Part shown: one piece after another, positions 11,560 to 22,825 of the stretch
How positions within the stretch are numbered: position 1 is the first letter of the stretch
How the letters are laid out: each line of letters begins with the position of its first letter
From: Octopus bimaculoides
Lineage: Eukaryota
Reading direction: 5' to 3'
DNA: 39,068 bases
Assembly: GCF_001194135.2 (NCBI RefSeq)
Contig: NC_068984.1
Span: 116,070,343-116,109,410, forward strand
Translations under genes and position numbers: made by a program
The notes under the pieces: model-generated
What the model saw: the letters and a program-made list of their open reading frames with translations, nothing else
Databases searched by the model: none
What the model was told of the DNA's origin: nothing

Positions 11560-13200
11560 AAGAAAACATTTTCTGTTGTCAAAGTGTTTGGACCAGAACT
11601 AGGTGTTGTTAACGCACAAAATTCAAAAATGACATTCTTTTATTACCATCACGTCAAGATTTTAAGATAATATTTCAGTGTTTATTCAACGAATCTGCTC
11701 ATGAGGAACAAAACATAACATACAAACATACGCAGAAATGTGTTTTTCTTCAAACCAGAATGTTTTCTTAAAATTCTAGTAATAATCTTTAAATTTCTAC
11801 AGACAAATTTAATCATTGTTTATGCTTATTTTCCAATGAGTTTACATTTGGATGATTTCCTTGAATGCTCAACCTCAGGAAGATCACGGGCCAAGTTCTA
11901 GCAGTATTGCTGCATTATATGCAAGTCCCATCTGCCTTGATACTCTTTTTTTTTCTATGAATTTTATTTTCTAAAGGAAACGTTCTTCCTGCTCATCACT
12001 TATGTCATCAACGTTTTCAGAAAATTATCAACGTGACTGTCGGGATTTATGCTCATTGGCTCGGTATAGTTGGCTGGCAGCTTTCTTGTTGCCAATAATG
12101 ACATGTACAACTATTACAAATGAATTCCATGCTGCTACTTAAATGCAATTTATTGAATTTACAAAGTACCCATTTTCATCAGCCTTCTGATTTGAGGAAC
12201 ATCATATACTCCAGCTTTTATCTTTTCGCTACTGAGACTGGAAAACGTGCTGCATGTATTGTAAAAGCATGCGTCCGCTTTATTCAGAGCTCTAACAAAT
12301 TGGTTCATAAGGCCATGTTTAATATGGAGTGGGGGTTCAATGATTTTTCCCTGTTGGACTAAAGGCTCTTTAACTGCATTAAAAAACTCTGCAACTCATG
12401 TTCGTGCAGTCATTCCTAGATCCCTCATGTTTTATCCTGGCTCTGCTACCCACACACATAAAATGCATAGATATTTGGTGCAGTCACTTTGCTGTCCCAT
12501 CTTAAGGTCCACGCATATCACCCACCAACGATTCTGGAACTTAGTTTTCTGTAGCACTGCTTTCTCGACTTCATATTTCTCTGCTAGTTTTGTAGAGCGG
12601 GAAATTGGAACAGAGGCCAATATATTTCCATTTTGAAGCAGAGGACATTTCAAACTTCTTTTCCAGCTATCAATTAAAAGACTCCAATCACTTGCATTAT
12701 ATTCCGCTAATTCCATCATTTCTCCTCTTTTGTGCAATGCATAAACTCATCATTTTCTATGAAGATTTGAAGAAATTCCAAATCGCTTGTGCGACAGAAA
12801 GTGACTTTGGTTCCTTCTTTAAGGAGGCTTTTTTTACTTTAATCGAGAGGCGAAAAACTTCTGCAGATTCTTTTGATAAGTGCAAGTCCCTTTACAAAGT
12901 CTCTGAATTCATTTTCATCAAATAGCTATGAGTCTGACGGGCTAGTGCCAACTAATCCGAATAATATATGGCGTCCTCTGGTTCGGTTGATACTTTCTGG
13001 TCACCAAGCTGGCGAAGTTTTGAACTACGTTTCACAGGAGAATAATACGTTTTTCTAGAATGAGCAAAATTGCTAAAATTGGGGAGAGGTTGTTAGGTAT
13101 TTTGAAATCTAGAGGTGATGGTTAGAAATGGATTCCATTTTTTGTAGATTCGGCATATCAAAAACCATTCAAATCAGATAAAAAAATTCCCGAGAGAATA
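11560..13200 (-). mobile_element. Decayed Chapaev (CMC superfamily, Chapaev3-like) DNA transposon
   Basis: Transposase remnant flanked by imperfect inverted subterminal motifs: 11625-11652 (reverse complement GTGATGGTAATAAAAGAATGTCATTTTT) versus 13115-13142 (GTGATGGTTAGAAATGGATTCCATTTTT). The exact termini are eroded, so the boundaries are approximate. Confidence 0.78.
11826..13030 (-). pseudogene. Chapaev-type transposase pseudogene
   Basis: Minus-strand motifs across frameshifts: QLGDQK; DLHLSKESAE; DWSLLIDSWKRSLKCPLLQNGN; ICVDLKMGQQSDCTKYLCILCVW; PLVQQGKIIEPPLHIKHGLMNQFVRAL; EKIKAGVYDVPQIRRL; SDEQEERF; YQGRWD...YC*NLARD. These match the recalled Chapaev3 motifs WRLFIDSSKRSLK.VLLHNGN, PPLHIKLGLMKQFV and EQGERFHQ...YQGRW. 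Confidence 0.85.
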
Positions 13201-15329
13201 CTTGGGTTTTGTGACGTTTATAACTCATGTTTAAAACTATCACCATTTAACCGCGAACTAAAATATCGTTGTTAGTCCAATAATGATGTTAGATACTTGC
13301 CAAAATATGGAATTGACATTTTCTGCATGTTATCTCAATTAAAGTGGCGTATCTCAAAACAAAATAGTTTAAAATATGACATGCCTCAACGTAAGATACA
13401 TTGGTATATAAAACCGTTTCCCGCAGTGAGGGGTAATGAAATTTTAAGCAGATATGTCTAATTTCTGCAGTAAAAGGGCTAAAGGAATTTGATCCGTCCA
13501 GTATGCTCTTTGAAGCATAAAATCCAGTTATTTTTTAGGTCAAATTACATAACAGATCACTTTTGTAACTGATACATCGGATTATAGCAAATTTAAGGGG
13601 TTTTAATCATTTTTGTATTAGTTGAAAACGCATAACGAACGCTAGTATCCCAGTTTGTTGCGGTCTGAGTTGATCTCGATCCCCTGTATTTATAATATTA
13701 CTTTCTACGTTGGGAGAGGTGTTATAACCTCGATCATATTTTGAACTAAGAACACTAGGTAGAAGAAACTACTCACAAATTAGTATTTTGCCTTGCACTC
13801 AAATGCTTCTTCTAAATTAACATCCTTAAAGCACTCCTTAAATTTAAATAGAAACTATCTTGCTTGGTTCAATCGATTTTATTATAAATGGAACATTAAC
13901 GGATGAAGTGTTTAATAAAGAAACATGAAGAATAAATCAATACTTACTGACAGCACATCTTCTAAATTGGGATTTCCAGTTACTTTTCAGACGTTGCATA
14001 ATAATGCCACATTGGTAAGTATGTTTATTTCATATCCATTGAAAGTAGCACAAATATGCATGCCTATGCACTTACTTAGAGTGCCTTAACTTTATAGAGT
14101 TTCTTGTAATCGAACTGGAATAAAATTATGAGAGAGTATTGTTCATAAGTCTATTGGTTCACATAAAGCATGAATAATTATTTCATGAACTAAATTACTA
14201 GTAAGAGTCTTGTTTTTACTTCATTTGCGTCGTTAATATCCTCGGGAAGAGACATGCTCACTCCCAACTCTATATTTCTAGCTTTTAAAGAAAGTTCTCA
14301 AAATATGTGTCTGCCTCTGCACGAAATAAAAGAAAAAGAACTTTGTTGAATCAATGACGAATCTTCTACGAAGTAGCTCGAGTTACTTCATATGGCTTTC
14401 GACTACCCACCTCAGCGACAGTTCTACATTCCACAAAATGGCATCCACACAAATATAAACCCATTTTCTCAAACAAACATGTGATGAAACAGCTAAAAGC
14501 GTTACTAACCTTATTCTTTTGTTGAAAAACGTTTGCATTTCCTTCATTTTTTTTATTATTGCATGCGTCCAATTCAAAATTTTATTTACTTATATTCAAC
14601 ACAAACAAAAATGATAAACGTTATTTCAATCGTGCATTATCTTCTTATACGAAAATAAGGTATTTATAAGTGATTCATATAAGAATTTTCCGGAAGATAT
14701 ATAGAAACGAAAATATTAATATAATTCATTTGAACTTTCTTCTGCATGGTAGACATTCTCTACCATAAAAGCCACTTTTCACATACATTGCTTCAAGCTG
14801 TTTTTTGATGGTCGTAGGTGGGGGAGATCTGGTGTTTTCTGCAAGACGTTATACAGCTTTCTCTGCGCTACTACATGATCTTGTGTCAATGAAATGCATT
14901 CACTTTTCAACATAGCTTTTGTTTTATTATTATTATTACTACTATATTATTGTTATTTTATTCATGCAACATTGGGTATAAATAGAATCAATACAATTGC
15001 TTCATGTTTTGCTGAACAGAGGTAAACGTGAAAGGGTTATCAGCTTTATTGATTTGGGGGCAAGGGAGATGTTTATTGTGTCAATACTGTTCGCGAGTGG
15101 TTTCCATTTTATCGATTCTTGGAAGATGGAAGACAAAATCAATCTCGGTGTCATTTTTAGACAAAAGGACAATGGACTTTAGTAAACACCACAAGTCGTT
15201 TTAAGAGGCACCTTAACGTTTTTACCTTTGTACCACCAATCTTATTTGCTATGTTACATATGCATTAATTGAATTCTTATTAATCAAGCCATTCTTCCAT
15301 TACATTAAATATTTAACGATTTCTAATTT

Positions 15330-15660
15330 AAATACAGGTTAGCAATGAGTTAGTCGATACTCCTGCAGCTAGTTCACATGACAGATGCTTTATTTCATTG
15401 AGCCCCAGAAAGATGAAAAGTAATACTGACCTCGGTGAGAGTTTAACTCAGAAAGTAAAGGGCTGGAACAAAAAATTCATGGCTTCATAATTTATATTTA
15501 ATGGTCTTTCATTGAGGCACAAGACCAGAAATTTTGAGTAATCGATACCATCGAGCTAAGGACTTAAGTGGTACTTCCTGTTATTGGCCCTGAAAAGACG
15601 AAAGTCAAAATTTCAATCCAGAATGTAAAGTCTTGGGCGAAACACGGTAGAACATTTTTT
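15330..15660 (-). mobile_element. Two degraded family-A-like SINE fragments in tandem (about 15330-15472 and 15516-15660)
   Basis: Both retain the core CCC..GAAA.GATGAAA.G or CCCTGAAAAGACGAAAG. The first also has GACCTCGG...AACTCAGAA and the second GGCACAAG..CAG.AATTTT. Confidence 0.6.
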
Positions 15661-15691
15661 CGAGACTCACTGTCTTTCATTTATAGTTAAT

Positions 15692-15905
15692 CCTTTCTAA
15701 AATAGGCACAAGGTCTGAACTTATTTGTGAGTGGACTAGTCTATTTCAGCGGCCCCAGAGCTCGACTGGTACTTAATTCATCGACCTCGAAAGGATGAAA
15801 GGCAAAGTCGACTTCAGCGGAATTTGAAATCAGGACATAAAGACGGACTAAATTCCGTTAAGCATTTTGGCGTGTTAACAGTTGTGCCTGCTTGTCGCCT
15901 TTTTA
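15692..15905 (-). mobile_element. tRNA-derived SINE, family A, near full length, with a 14-bp target-site duplication
   Basis: Core CTGGTACTTAATTCATCGACCTCGAAAGGATGAAAGGCAAAGTCGAC and B-box-like GAATTTGAAATC. Flanked by the perfect direct repeat CATTTATAGTTAAT at 15678-15691 and 15906-15919. Confidence 0.88.
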
Positions 15906-15975
15906 CATTTATAGTTAATGAAAGCCAGTTCTTTTGCCGTACATTTGTAGTTAATAAAAGCAAGTTCTTTTGCAG
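15904..15975. repeat. 36-bp tandem duplication
   Basis: TACATTTATAGTTAATGAAAGCCAGTTCTTTTGCCG followed by TACATTTGTAGTTAATAAAAGCAAGTTCTTTTGCAG. Confidence 0.9.
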
Positions 15976-16413
15976 TTCTTTTATCAAACCAGTCTGACGT
16001 TTACGTGTGTAAACACTGAGAAACCATAGATAATCGCATTCTACACGTCGATTAATCATCTTCGTCCTTGCTGCACCTTGCCGTGACAATAAACAAATCT
16101 ATTATCCAATCCGCTTCTATAATCGAAACAACGGAATGAAATTTAGTAGACAATTTATTCTGGGACGAAGTTGGAACACCAAATAAAATACCCTCTTTCT
16201 ATTCCATGTTATTCGCGATAGATCTCACTTGACCTTACATCATTTACTTATCCGTGTAGCTGGTACCATCAGAGAGAAAATAACTGTGCTGATAAACGAG
16301 GCAAAAAAAAGTATGGTCGTTCAAACATCCAACAGCTAAACATTTCGTACATCGTACAATTCCATCTAAAAACAGGAAAGAAAAACAATTGTGATAATCG
16401 ACTAGGTAATATT

Positions 16414-16478
16414 ATATACTACCTGGATTATCATATACTACCTGGATTATCATATTCTACCTGGAGTTACCTGGAATT
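16414..16478. repeat. 19-bp minisatellite (ATATACTACCTGGATTATC), about 3 copies
   Basis: Two perfect units (16414-16451), then a partial third unit and a TACCTGGA remnant. Confidence 0.9.
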
Positions 16479-17013
16479 AAACAAAAAAATAAAAAATCAC
16501 AATAAACACTAGCTGTAAATCCATGGAGTTTATTATACAAGACTGACAAGATTCAATCTTTTCACATGAGAATAGTTTAAAATATCGTATTGTCACAAAT
16601 ATATTGAAGCATGGTATATATTTATATAATTAATTGGTTAATTGGCGACTTTGAAAGTATAAAAATCTATTTCATGTTTTATTTGGATTCTAAATGTATA
16701 AATATAATATTGAACTATTCGTGGAATATGAGTTCCAGCAAAATAAATCTATGTTGTGAAAAACGGTCGATAAAACGAAATATCTTCTCTGATTCCAGAC
16801 AATTGGAGAATATGGAAAAATGTTTATCGATTGCTTTTACTAATAGGATAAAGCAGACGATAATTGTAATGTAAAAATCTCCTAAATATTACGGTAAAAA
16901 TAAAATGAAATAATGTTATACACGCGCGCACACAAATGTATGTATGTATGTATGTATGTATGTATGTATGTATCTATCTATCTATCTATGTTAATTATCT
17001 ATCTATCTATATA

Positions 17014-17047
<34 letters not shown>

Positions 17048-17613
17048 CATATACATATATATAGAATATATAATATATATGCATATATATACACATACAT
17101 ATAGTTATATAATATATATGGATATATATATATATATNNNNNNNNNNNNNNNNNNNNNNNNNNNNNNNNNNNNNNNNNNNNNNNNNNNNNNNNNNNNNNN
17201 NNNNNNNNNNNNNNNNNNNNNNNNNNNNNNNNNNNNNNNNNNNNNNNNNNNNNNNNNNNNNNNNNNNNNNNNNNNNNNNNNNNNNNNNNNNNNNNNNNNN
17301 NNNNNNNNNNNNNNNNNNNNNNNNNNNNNNNNNNNNNNNNNNNNNNNNNNNNNNNNNNNNNNNNNNNNNNNNNNNNNNNNNNNNNNNNNNNNNNNNNNNN
17401 NNNNNNNNNNNNNNNNNNNNNNNNNNNNNNNNNNNNNNNNNNNNNNNNNNNNNNNNNNNNNNNNNNNNNNNNNNNNNNATATATATATACATAAGTATAC
17501 ATACAGAATGCAGTAATTAAGATTGGAGCCGAAAAGTATTCGCATCTGATATGAAGTAGCTGAAATATTTGCAAACTACATATTCCGATTGTATTCACGG
17601 TCATAAGAAATAA

Positions 17614-17659
17614 GGAATAAGAAATAGTAAAGTTCTCAGGGGAATAAGAAATAGTAAAG
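17614..17659. repeat. Short direct repeat GGAATAAGAAATAGTAAAG, 2 copies (period 27)
   Basis: Identical 19-mers at 17614 and 17641. Confidence 0.85.
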
Positions 17660-18074
17660 CTTTCAGATAGAATCGCTCTTGTCCCTTTAGTGAAACAAAG
17701 TTGGTACGCCCAATTGAGTGTGTATTATTTTTTCTGAGATGCCATATTTTCTCATTATTATTCCATGTGTAACATTCGGGGAAATCAGTTTAGTGTAAGG
17801 TATATGCAAATAAGTTAGCTGGTGCTTCGCATCCATTCAGTGCGAGTGGACATGTCATGTGTGTGGATAACATATCCAATATCATCATCGTCATTAAAGT
17901 AAATGCATTTCTGTTGAGGTAAATGAACTGTAAGATGTTGAACTACAGGCTATGAACTATGTAATTTGAACCCTAAATTCCTCCAGACTGCCTATGATGA
18001 GGACACATAGCGGTCATTGATATAATTTTCAATTTCATTTTTGTGTGTTTGTCGTGCATTGGTTTGTCCACTAA

Positions 18075-18580
18075 TATTGATTTTACAGATGCATATATCT
18101 CTACATTACAATGACCTCCATGTTTGAGTAAAAGGAAGGAGGGATATGGTGATGCTGAACGATTTTCTAATTCAAAATTAGACTTTGTAAATTTAAAACC
18201 ATTATTTCGACGTCGGTGAAGTGGATAACCATTATAATTGTGTAATGTATGATTTTGAAAGTCTCTCCCACATAGACTATGTAGCATGCTTTTGGTGACA
18301 TGTTGAAACAGAATTGACTGCGATTGTAGATTTGGAAGTTCTGCATAAACAAATTTATCATAATGTTCTGGATCCTATTTTAATATGAACAACATATGTC
18401 AATGGGGTAGTCCACGCTTTTGAAACTGTATAGTCCACATGTACACTGCGACCTCTCCCAAAACATTCTTCTCTAAAATCTTATACAAGAGGTCCGTAAG
18501 TTTCATATTAAATAATCTGTAAGTTAAATCTGGTCTGTCAGCTGATGTCTGTCCTGGATAAAGTTCGTCTGTGATACCGG
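18075..18580 (-). pseudogene. Helitron Rep (HUH endonuclease) domain fragment
   Basis: One frame with two stops, joining ORFs 18399-18605 and 17973-18287: ITDELYPGQTSADRPDLTYRLFNMKL...LGEVAVYMWTIQFQKRGLPH*HML...AELP...MLHSLCG...YPLHRRR...LENRSASPYPSFLLLKHGGHCNVEIYASVKSI. This carries the Helitron motifs RPDL, EFQKRGLPHxH and HINVE..SVKSIKY. Similarity ends just before the catalytic Tyr motif. Confidence 0.92.
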
Positions 18581-20972
18581 TCGAGCAACGAAAGTTCTGA
18601 CACAAAAGAAAATTAAATTACGGAGATGTACTTGCGTAGCAAGTGACATGATCTGAGATCGTCTGTTGAAACAAACATAATTGCAGCATGGAAGATGATT
18701 GTAAGCTACTTATGAAGACACACACGAAAAAACAACAAAAAAAAACACTGACATGAACTCACGCACATAAATAGATGTATGTGTGTGTATAGAACTATAT
18801 GCTTCCCCTCTTTTATATGAAGAAGGTTTTTGCATTGTATGTATTCACTGTGGATGTCAATAAACCAAATTTAATGACGATGATGATTATCACGATCACC
18901 ATATGTCATGGACGGTGTTCTTTTTGTTTTCTTCTGAATGTTGTTGATATATCATTTTACCGTTGATGCTGTTAATGCTAACATTACTGGTGTTAATGCA
19001 GCCAGAATTCCCAATCCATAAACCATTCTACTTTCCTAAGCATTTCTCTGGTGAAGGGACTTCATTACCCTCATAATAAAAGTTTCTGCTATCGTTACCA
19101 CTGCAGGTACGCCGAAAAGATGCTGGAATGTGTTTCTATGGCCCCAACAAAAGCAAATGACAAATGCGAAAAATGTTCTCTCTTAAATGGAAACGCTATA
19201 TAACAAAGAGTGATGTCGATTTGTGTCCCTATTCTTCTCTGCCTGTTTCTTGTTGCGTTCCTCTTTCGTGTTATATAAATAGTTATATATGAAATGATTC
19301 TAATTCATGCAATGGAAAATACACTTTTATGATAAGTCACACAGGACTTCGTGACACAGGTTTCAGAAAAGAATCGAACAACAGCGACAACAGCAGCAAG
19401 AACGCAAGTCAACATTGAAACAACAACCACAACGTCAGCAACTCAACAGTACAACAACAAGAAGAACAAGAACAAGAACAAAAATAAGAACAACGGCAAT
19501 ATCAACGAAAACAATTAACAATAAATGTTTACTATCTTTGGAGAAAGTATTGGGTTTCCGTTAATATATTGGGAGGGATTGACAAATATAGTGATATGAT
19601 TGCAATGAGCGAATTGAGCAGGGAACGGGGAGCGTGTCGAAGAATAAGAGATGACAATGTAACAGGATTACTGGAGAATGTATTTGGGGAGATGTGGGAG
19701 ATATAAATATTTCGGTATGCTGTAGGGTGACATTTTGAAAGGGAAGGGAAAAAAAGAATCCAATGTTACTGAAAAGGTGAGGCTGGTATTTGACATGAAG
19801 CTAAACAGAAAATATATTATTTAGGAGAGGAATACATGCGTATTCGCAGTGTTTAGGAATTATCTAATGTTTGTTCGGTGACCAAAGTATAAACTTGTTA
19901 GAATAGAGAGGTATTAACATATGTTCTGTGGGTTATACCAAGGAAACCGTGTTCATAGATGTGTACATATCAGAAAATAAAAGGGCTTGGAAATATAATA
20001 AATACAGTATACTTAACGGGGATATATGTGAGATGAAGTTAGGAAAAGCAGATAAGCGCAGAAAATAAAATTGATGTAGAAAATATAGCAACCAAAGAGA
20101 TACAGCATACAGTAAAAACAGATCAACATACTTACTAGAGATATACGTGAGAAAAAGTGAAGATAAACGTATATCATTTGTCTACACGATCAGTGCTGGA
20201 ATTACATTGAACAGCAAAAGCAACGACTTCTCGATTTCAGTCATGTTTATTTGCGTCATCAGATGGTTGGCAAATATATATATTCACTTTTAACTTTTTG
20301 GTCCCTAGTGCAAATACAGTCACCTATATTTTTCAAATATACTGTAAGTATAGTTTTCGAAATCTAACTTCTTAACAAACAATTATCTTCACTTATTCGT
20401 CTCCTCATACTCACGGATAAATGATATTTTCCGACATTATTTGGTCTGTGAGATATCAGTGATGGATTATAACTAGGTTTGTTTCCTTCACACTTGCTCT
20501 TTTAATATCCATATTTACAGAATACATGTGTTCCGTTACAAATAGCCCCATTTCTGCAGTGTCAGTTAAATATTTTCCCATGTATATATAGACAAGTGCT
20601 ACAAACATGAGTATCAGTGTATACTTGCAACAAATATCTGTTTGGATAGTATAGAAAAGACAACTCCAATAATGATACTTAGTAAAAAAATCTGTATTTG
20701 AGAATTACAATACCATAAGTTTGAATAGACTATGGAATACTGACCTCCAAGTCGTATTATCTTCATAGTTAAAGCATGTTTTGAAAATGCTCTGCAAATT
20801 GAGTAGAAATATGTCAGAAAACCATCGTCTTGACGAAATAGTATTAGAAATTGTAGCAGGTAACAAAAAAAAGTGAAGATAATCTTGCTTGATTTTAGCG
20901 AATCATGATTTATTTCTATGTTCATGGAATATCAAAACCATCAAGATGTTTCATATAGTTATGTATGTCAAT

Positions 20973-21206
20973 AGGTGCATGCGTGGCAGAATGGTGTGGT
21001 AACAAGCTTGCTGCTCAACAAAATGTTTCTGTGTTCAGTACCATTGCGTGGAACCTTGCGCAAAAGTCTCCTACTATAGCCTCGGGCTGACCTTGAGTGG
21101 ATTTCGTAGACGGAAACTAGAAGGACCCGTCGTACATATATATATATTCTTTTTTTTAGTCTTTTACTTGTTTCAGTCATTTGACTGTGGCCATGCCAGA
21201 GCACCG
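20973..21206 (+). mobile_element. Family-B SINE head (+, 20973-21133) joined through a short TA run to a family-B tail in inverted orientation (21147-21206)
   Basis: The head matches 23647-23820. TCTTTTACTTGTTTCAGTCATTTGACTGTGGCCATGCCAGAGCACCG is the reverse complement of the family-B 3' tail seen at 22770-22820. Confidence 0.82.
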
Positions 21207-21806
21207 ACATACTAGAGAACCTCACCGACATACTAGAGATAGAAATGGACCTAAAAACACTTCAAAATACACTCATATAGCACAAGGTAGAAAGCGAGAA
21301 AATGAATAAAAAAGATTTAGTAAAAAAGATTTTGAGGTTAATTCTCGATCGTCTGATTTCTGGTTTAGTAATACAATTACTTTACCGTCATCAGTAGAAT
21401 ATACCAAAAGTATATAAATGTAAATATATATACATATCCATACGAACACATGCATATATGTACTGATATTCACAAGTATATACGAGACAAATCCGATTAT
21501 TCATTTCAGGCACGTGCGTGTTTGCTCAAGATAATACCGCAGTAAATATCAGGATCGGAGTAAATAAATAAATATATATGCATACGTAATTAACGATAAA
21601 ATCAATTAATGATCTTATCAGTGGCAAGCACTTTAAAATCCGATAGGTAAAAAAAACAAAAATAATGTGTGTGTACATATATATATATATATAATAATAA
21701 TATTAGGGATAAAAATCAAAATTTACAGGTAAAAACTCAATTAAATTCAATTTATCAAAAATTAAAATTAAATTTAGTTTCACAGTATATAATATATAAA
21801 TATATA

Positions 21807-22066
21807 ATTTAGAGAAAAAAAACCAAAATTCATGAATTCATCCATGAAAACTCACAGTTACATATAGAAAAAAATAATAAGCAAATACACGATAAATAAG
21901 TATAATAAAATACAAAGTAAAAATCATACAATAATAATAATAAAACGATGATTTTTACGATGATTTAATTATACTTATTTATCGTGTATTTACTTATTAA
22001 TTTTTTCTATATGTGACTGCGGATTTTCATGGATGAGTTCATGAACTTTGGTTCTTTTCTCTAAAT
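21807..22066. repeat. Long inverted repeat (fold-back), arms of about 105 bp
   Basis: 21807-21911 is about 90% identical (manual alignment) to the reverse complement of 21963-22066. The loop contains a second stem, GTAAAAATCAT/ATGATTTTTAC. Confidence 0.93.
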
Positions 22067-22177
22067 CATATATATATATTTACACAATTTACTCAAAAAA
22101 AAAACAAAACAAAGGACGAAGGTGGGTGTGTAAACAACAAACACATGTATTAGTTTATCGCTCGGGAAGTGAGAAAG

Positions 22178-22216
22178 TCTTTTACGTTTCGAGCCTACGC
22201 GCTTCGACAGAAAGGA
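22178..22216 (-). ncRNA. Degenerate minimal type-I hammerhead ribozyme-like motif (Penelope/retrozyme type)
   Basis: Minus strand: UCCUUU-CUGUCGA-A-GCGC GUAG GCUC-GAAA-CGUA-AAAGA. The layout is stem I, CUGANGA-like box, stem II, GAAA, palindromic ACGU, stem I'. It has an A6-to-U core change and one stem II mismatch, so it is probably inactive. Confidence 0.55.
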
Positions 22217-22694
22217 ACATAGAAATAAACAGGGAGAGAAAATATAAAATAAGGTTTAGTGGCTAGCGGGCTATCATGGCATAATTATAAAGATATAATA
22301 TACTGGATTTTAAAATCATTTGACCTCTATTTCTAGCATGTAGCTCGTTTCTCAGTACCCTTAAGTATAATTATATCTATATAACCATATATATTTATAT
22401 ATAGATATATATAGTTATATATATTAATTTTTACCTATATGGTCTTTTACATGCTGGCCACTGATAGGATCATTAATTTTAGCCTCTATTATGTACGTAT
22501 ATATGTATGTATATATATATATATATTTATACACACATACATATACATATATGTATATATATACATATATGTATATATATACATATATACATATATATAT
22601 ATATTTATATATATCTATNNNNNNNNNNNNNNNNNNNNNNNNNNNNNNNNNNNNNNNNNNNNNNNNNNNNNNNNNNNATATATATATATATATA

Positions 22695-22825
22695 TACGGA
22701 AAAAGATAGACTTAGTACTAGGCTTTAAAAAGGTAAGCCTTGTGGTTCATTTGTTCGACTAAATCCCTTTGAGGCTGTGCTCCAGCATGGTCGCTGTCAA
22801 ATGACTGAAGGAAGTAAAAAAATGA
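22695..22825 (+). mobile_element. Family-B SINE 3' tail fragment
   Basis: AGTACTAGGCTT...TTTGTTCGACTAAATCCCTTTGAGGCTGTGCTCCAGCATGGTCGCTGTCAAATGACTGAAGGAAGTAAAA. The upstream part is lost in the TA run and N gap. Confidence 0.78.

Noticed and set aside
14700-15180. Weak Tc1/mariner-like peptides (SGFYGR on minus, TVREWF on plus)
   Set aside because: The matches are too short and lack neighbouring motifs.
16414-16478. Short repeats as a possible CRISPR array
   Set aside because: The units are directly adjacent with no spacers, and the context is eukaryotic. It is a minisatellite.
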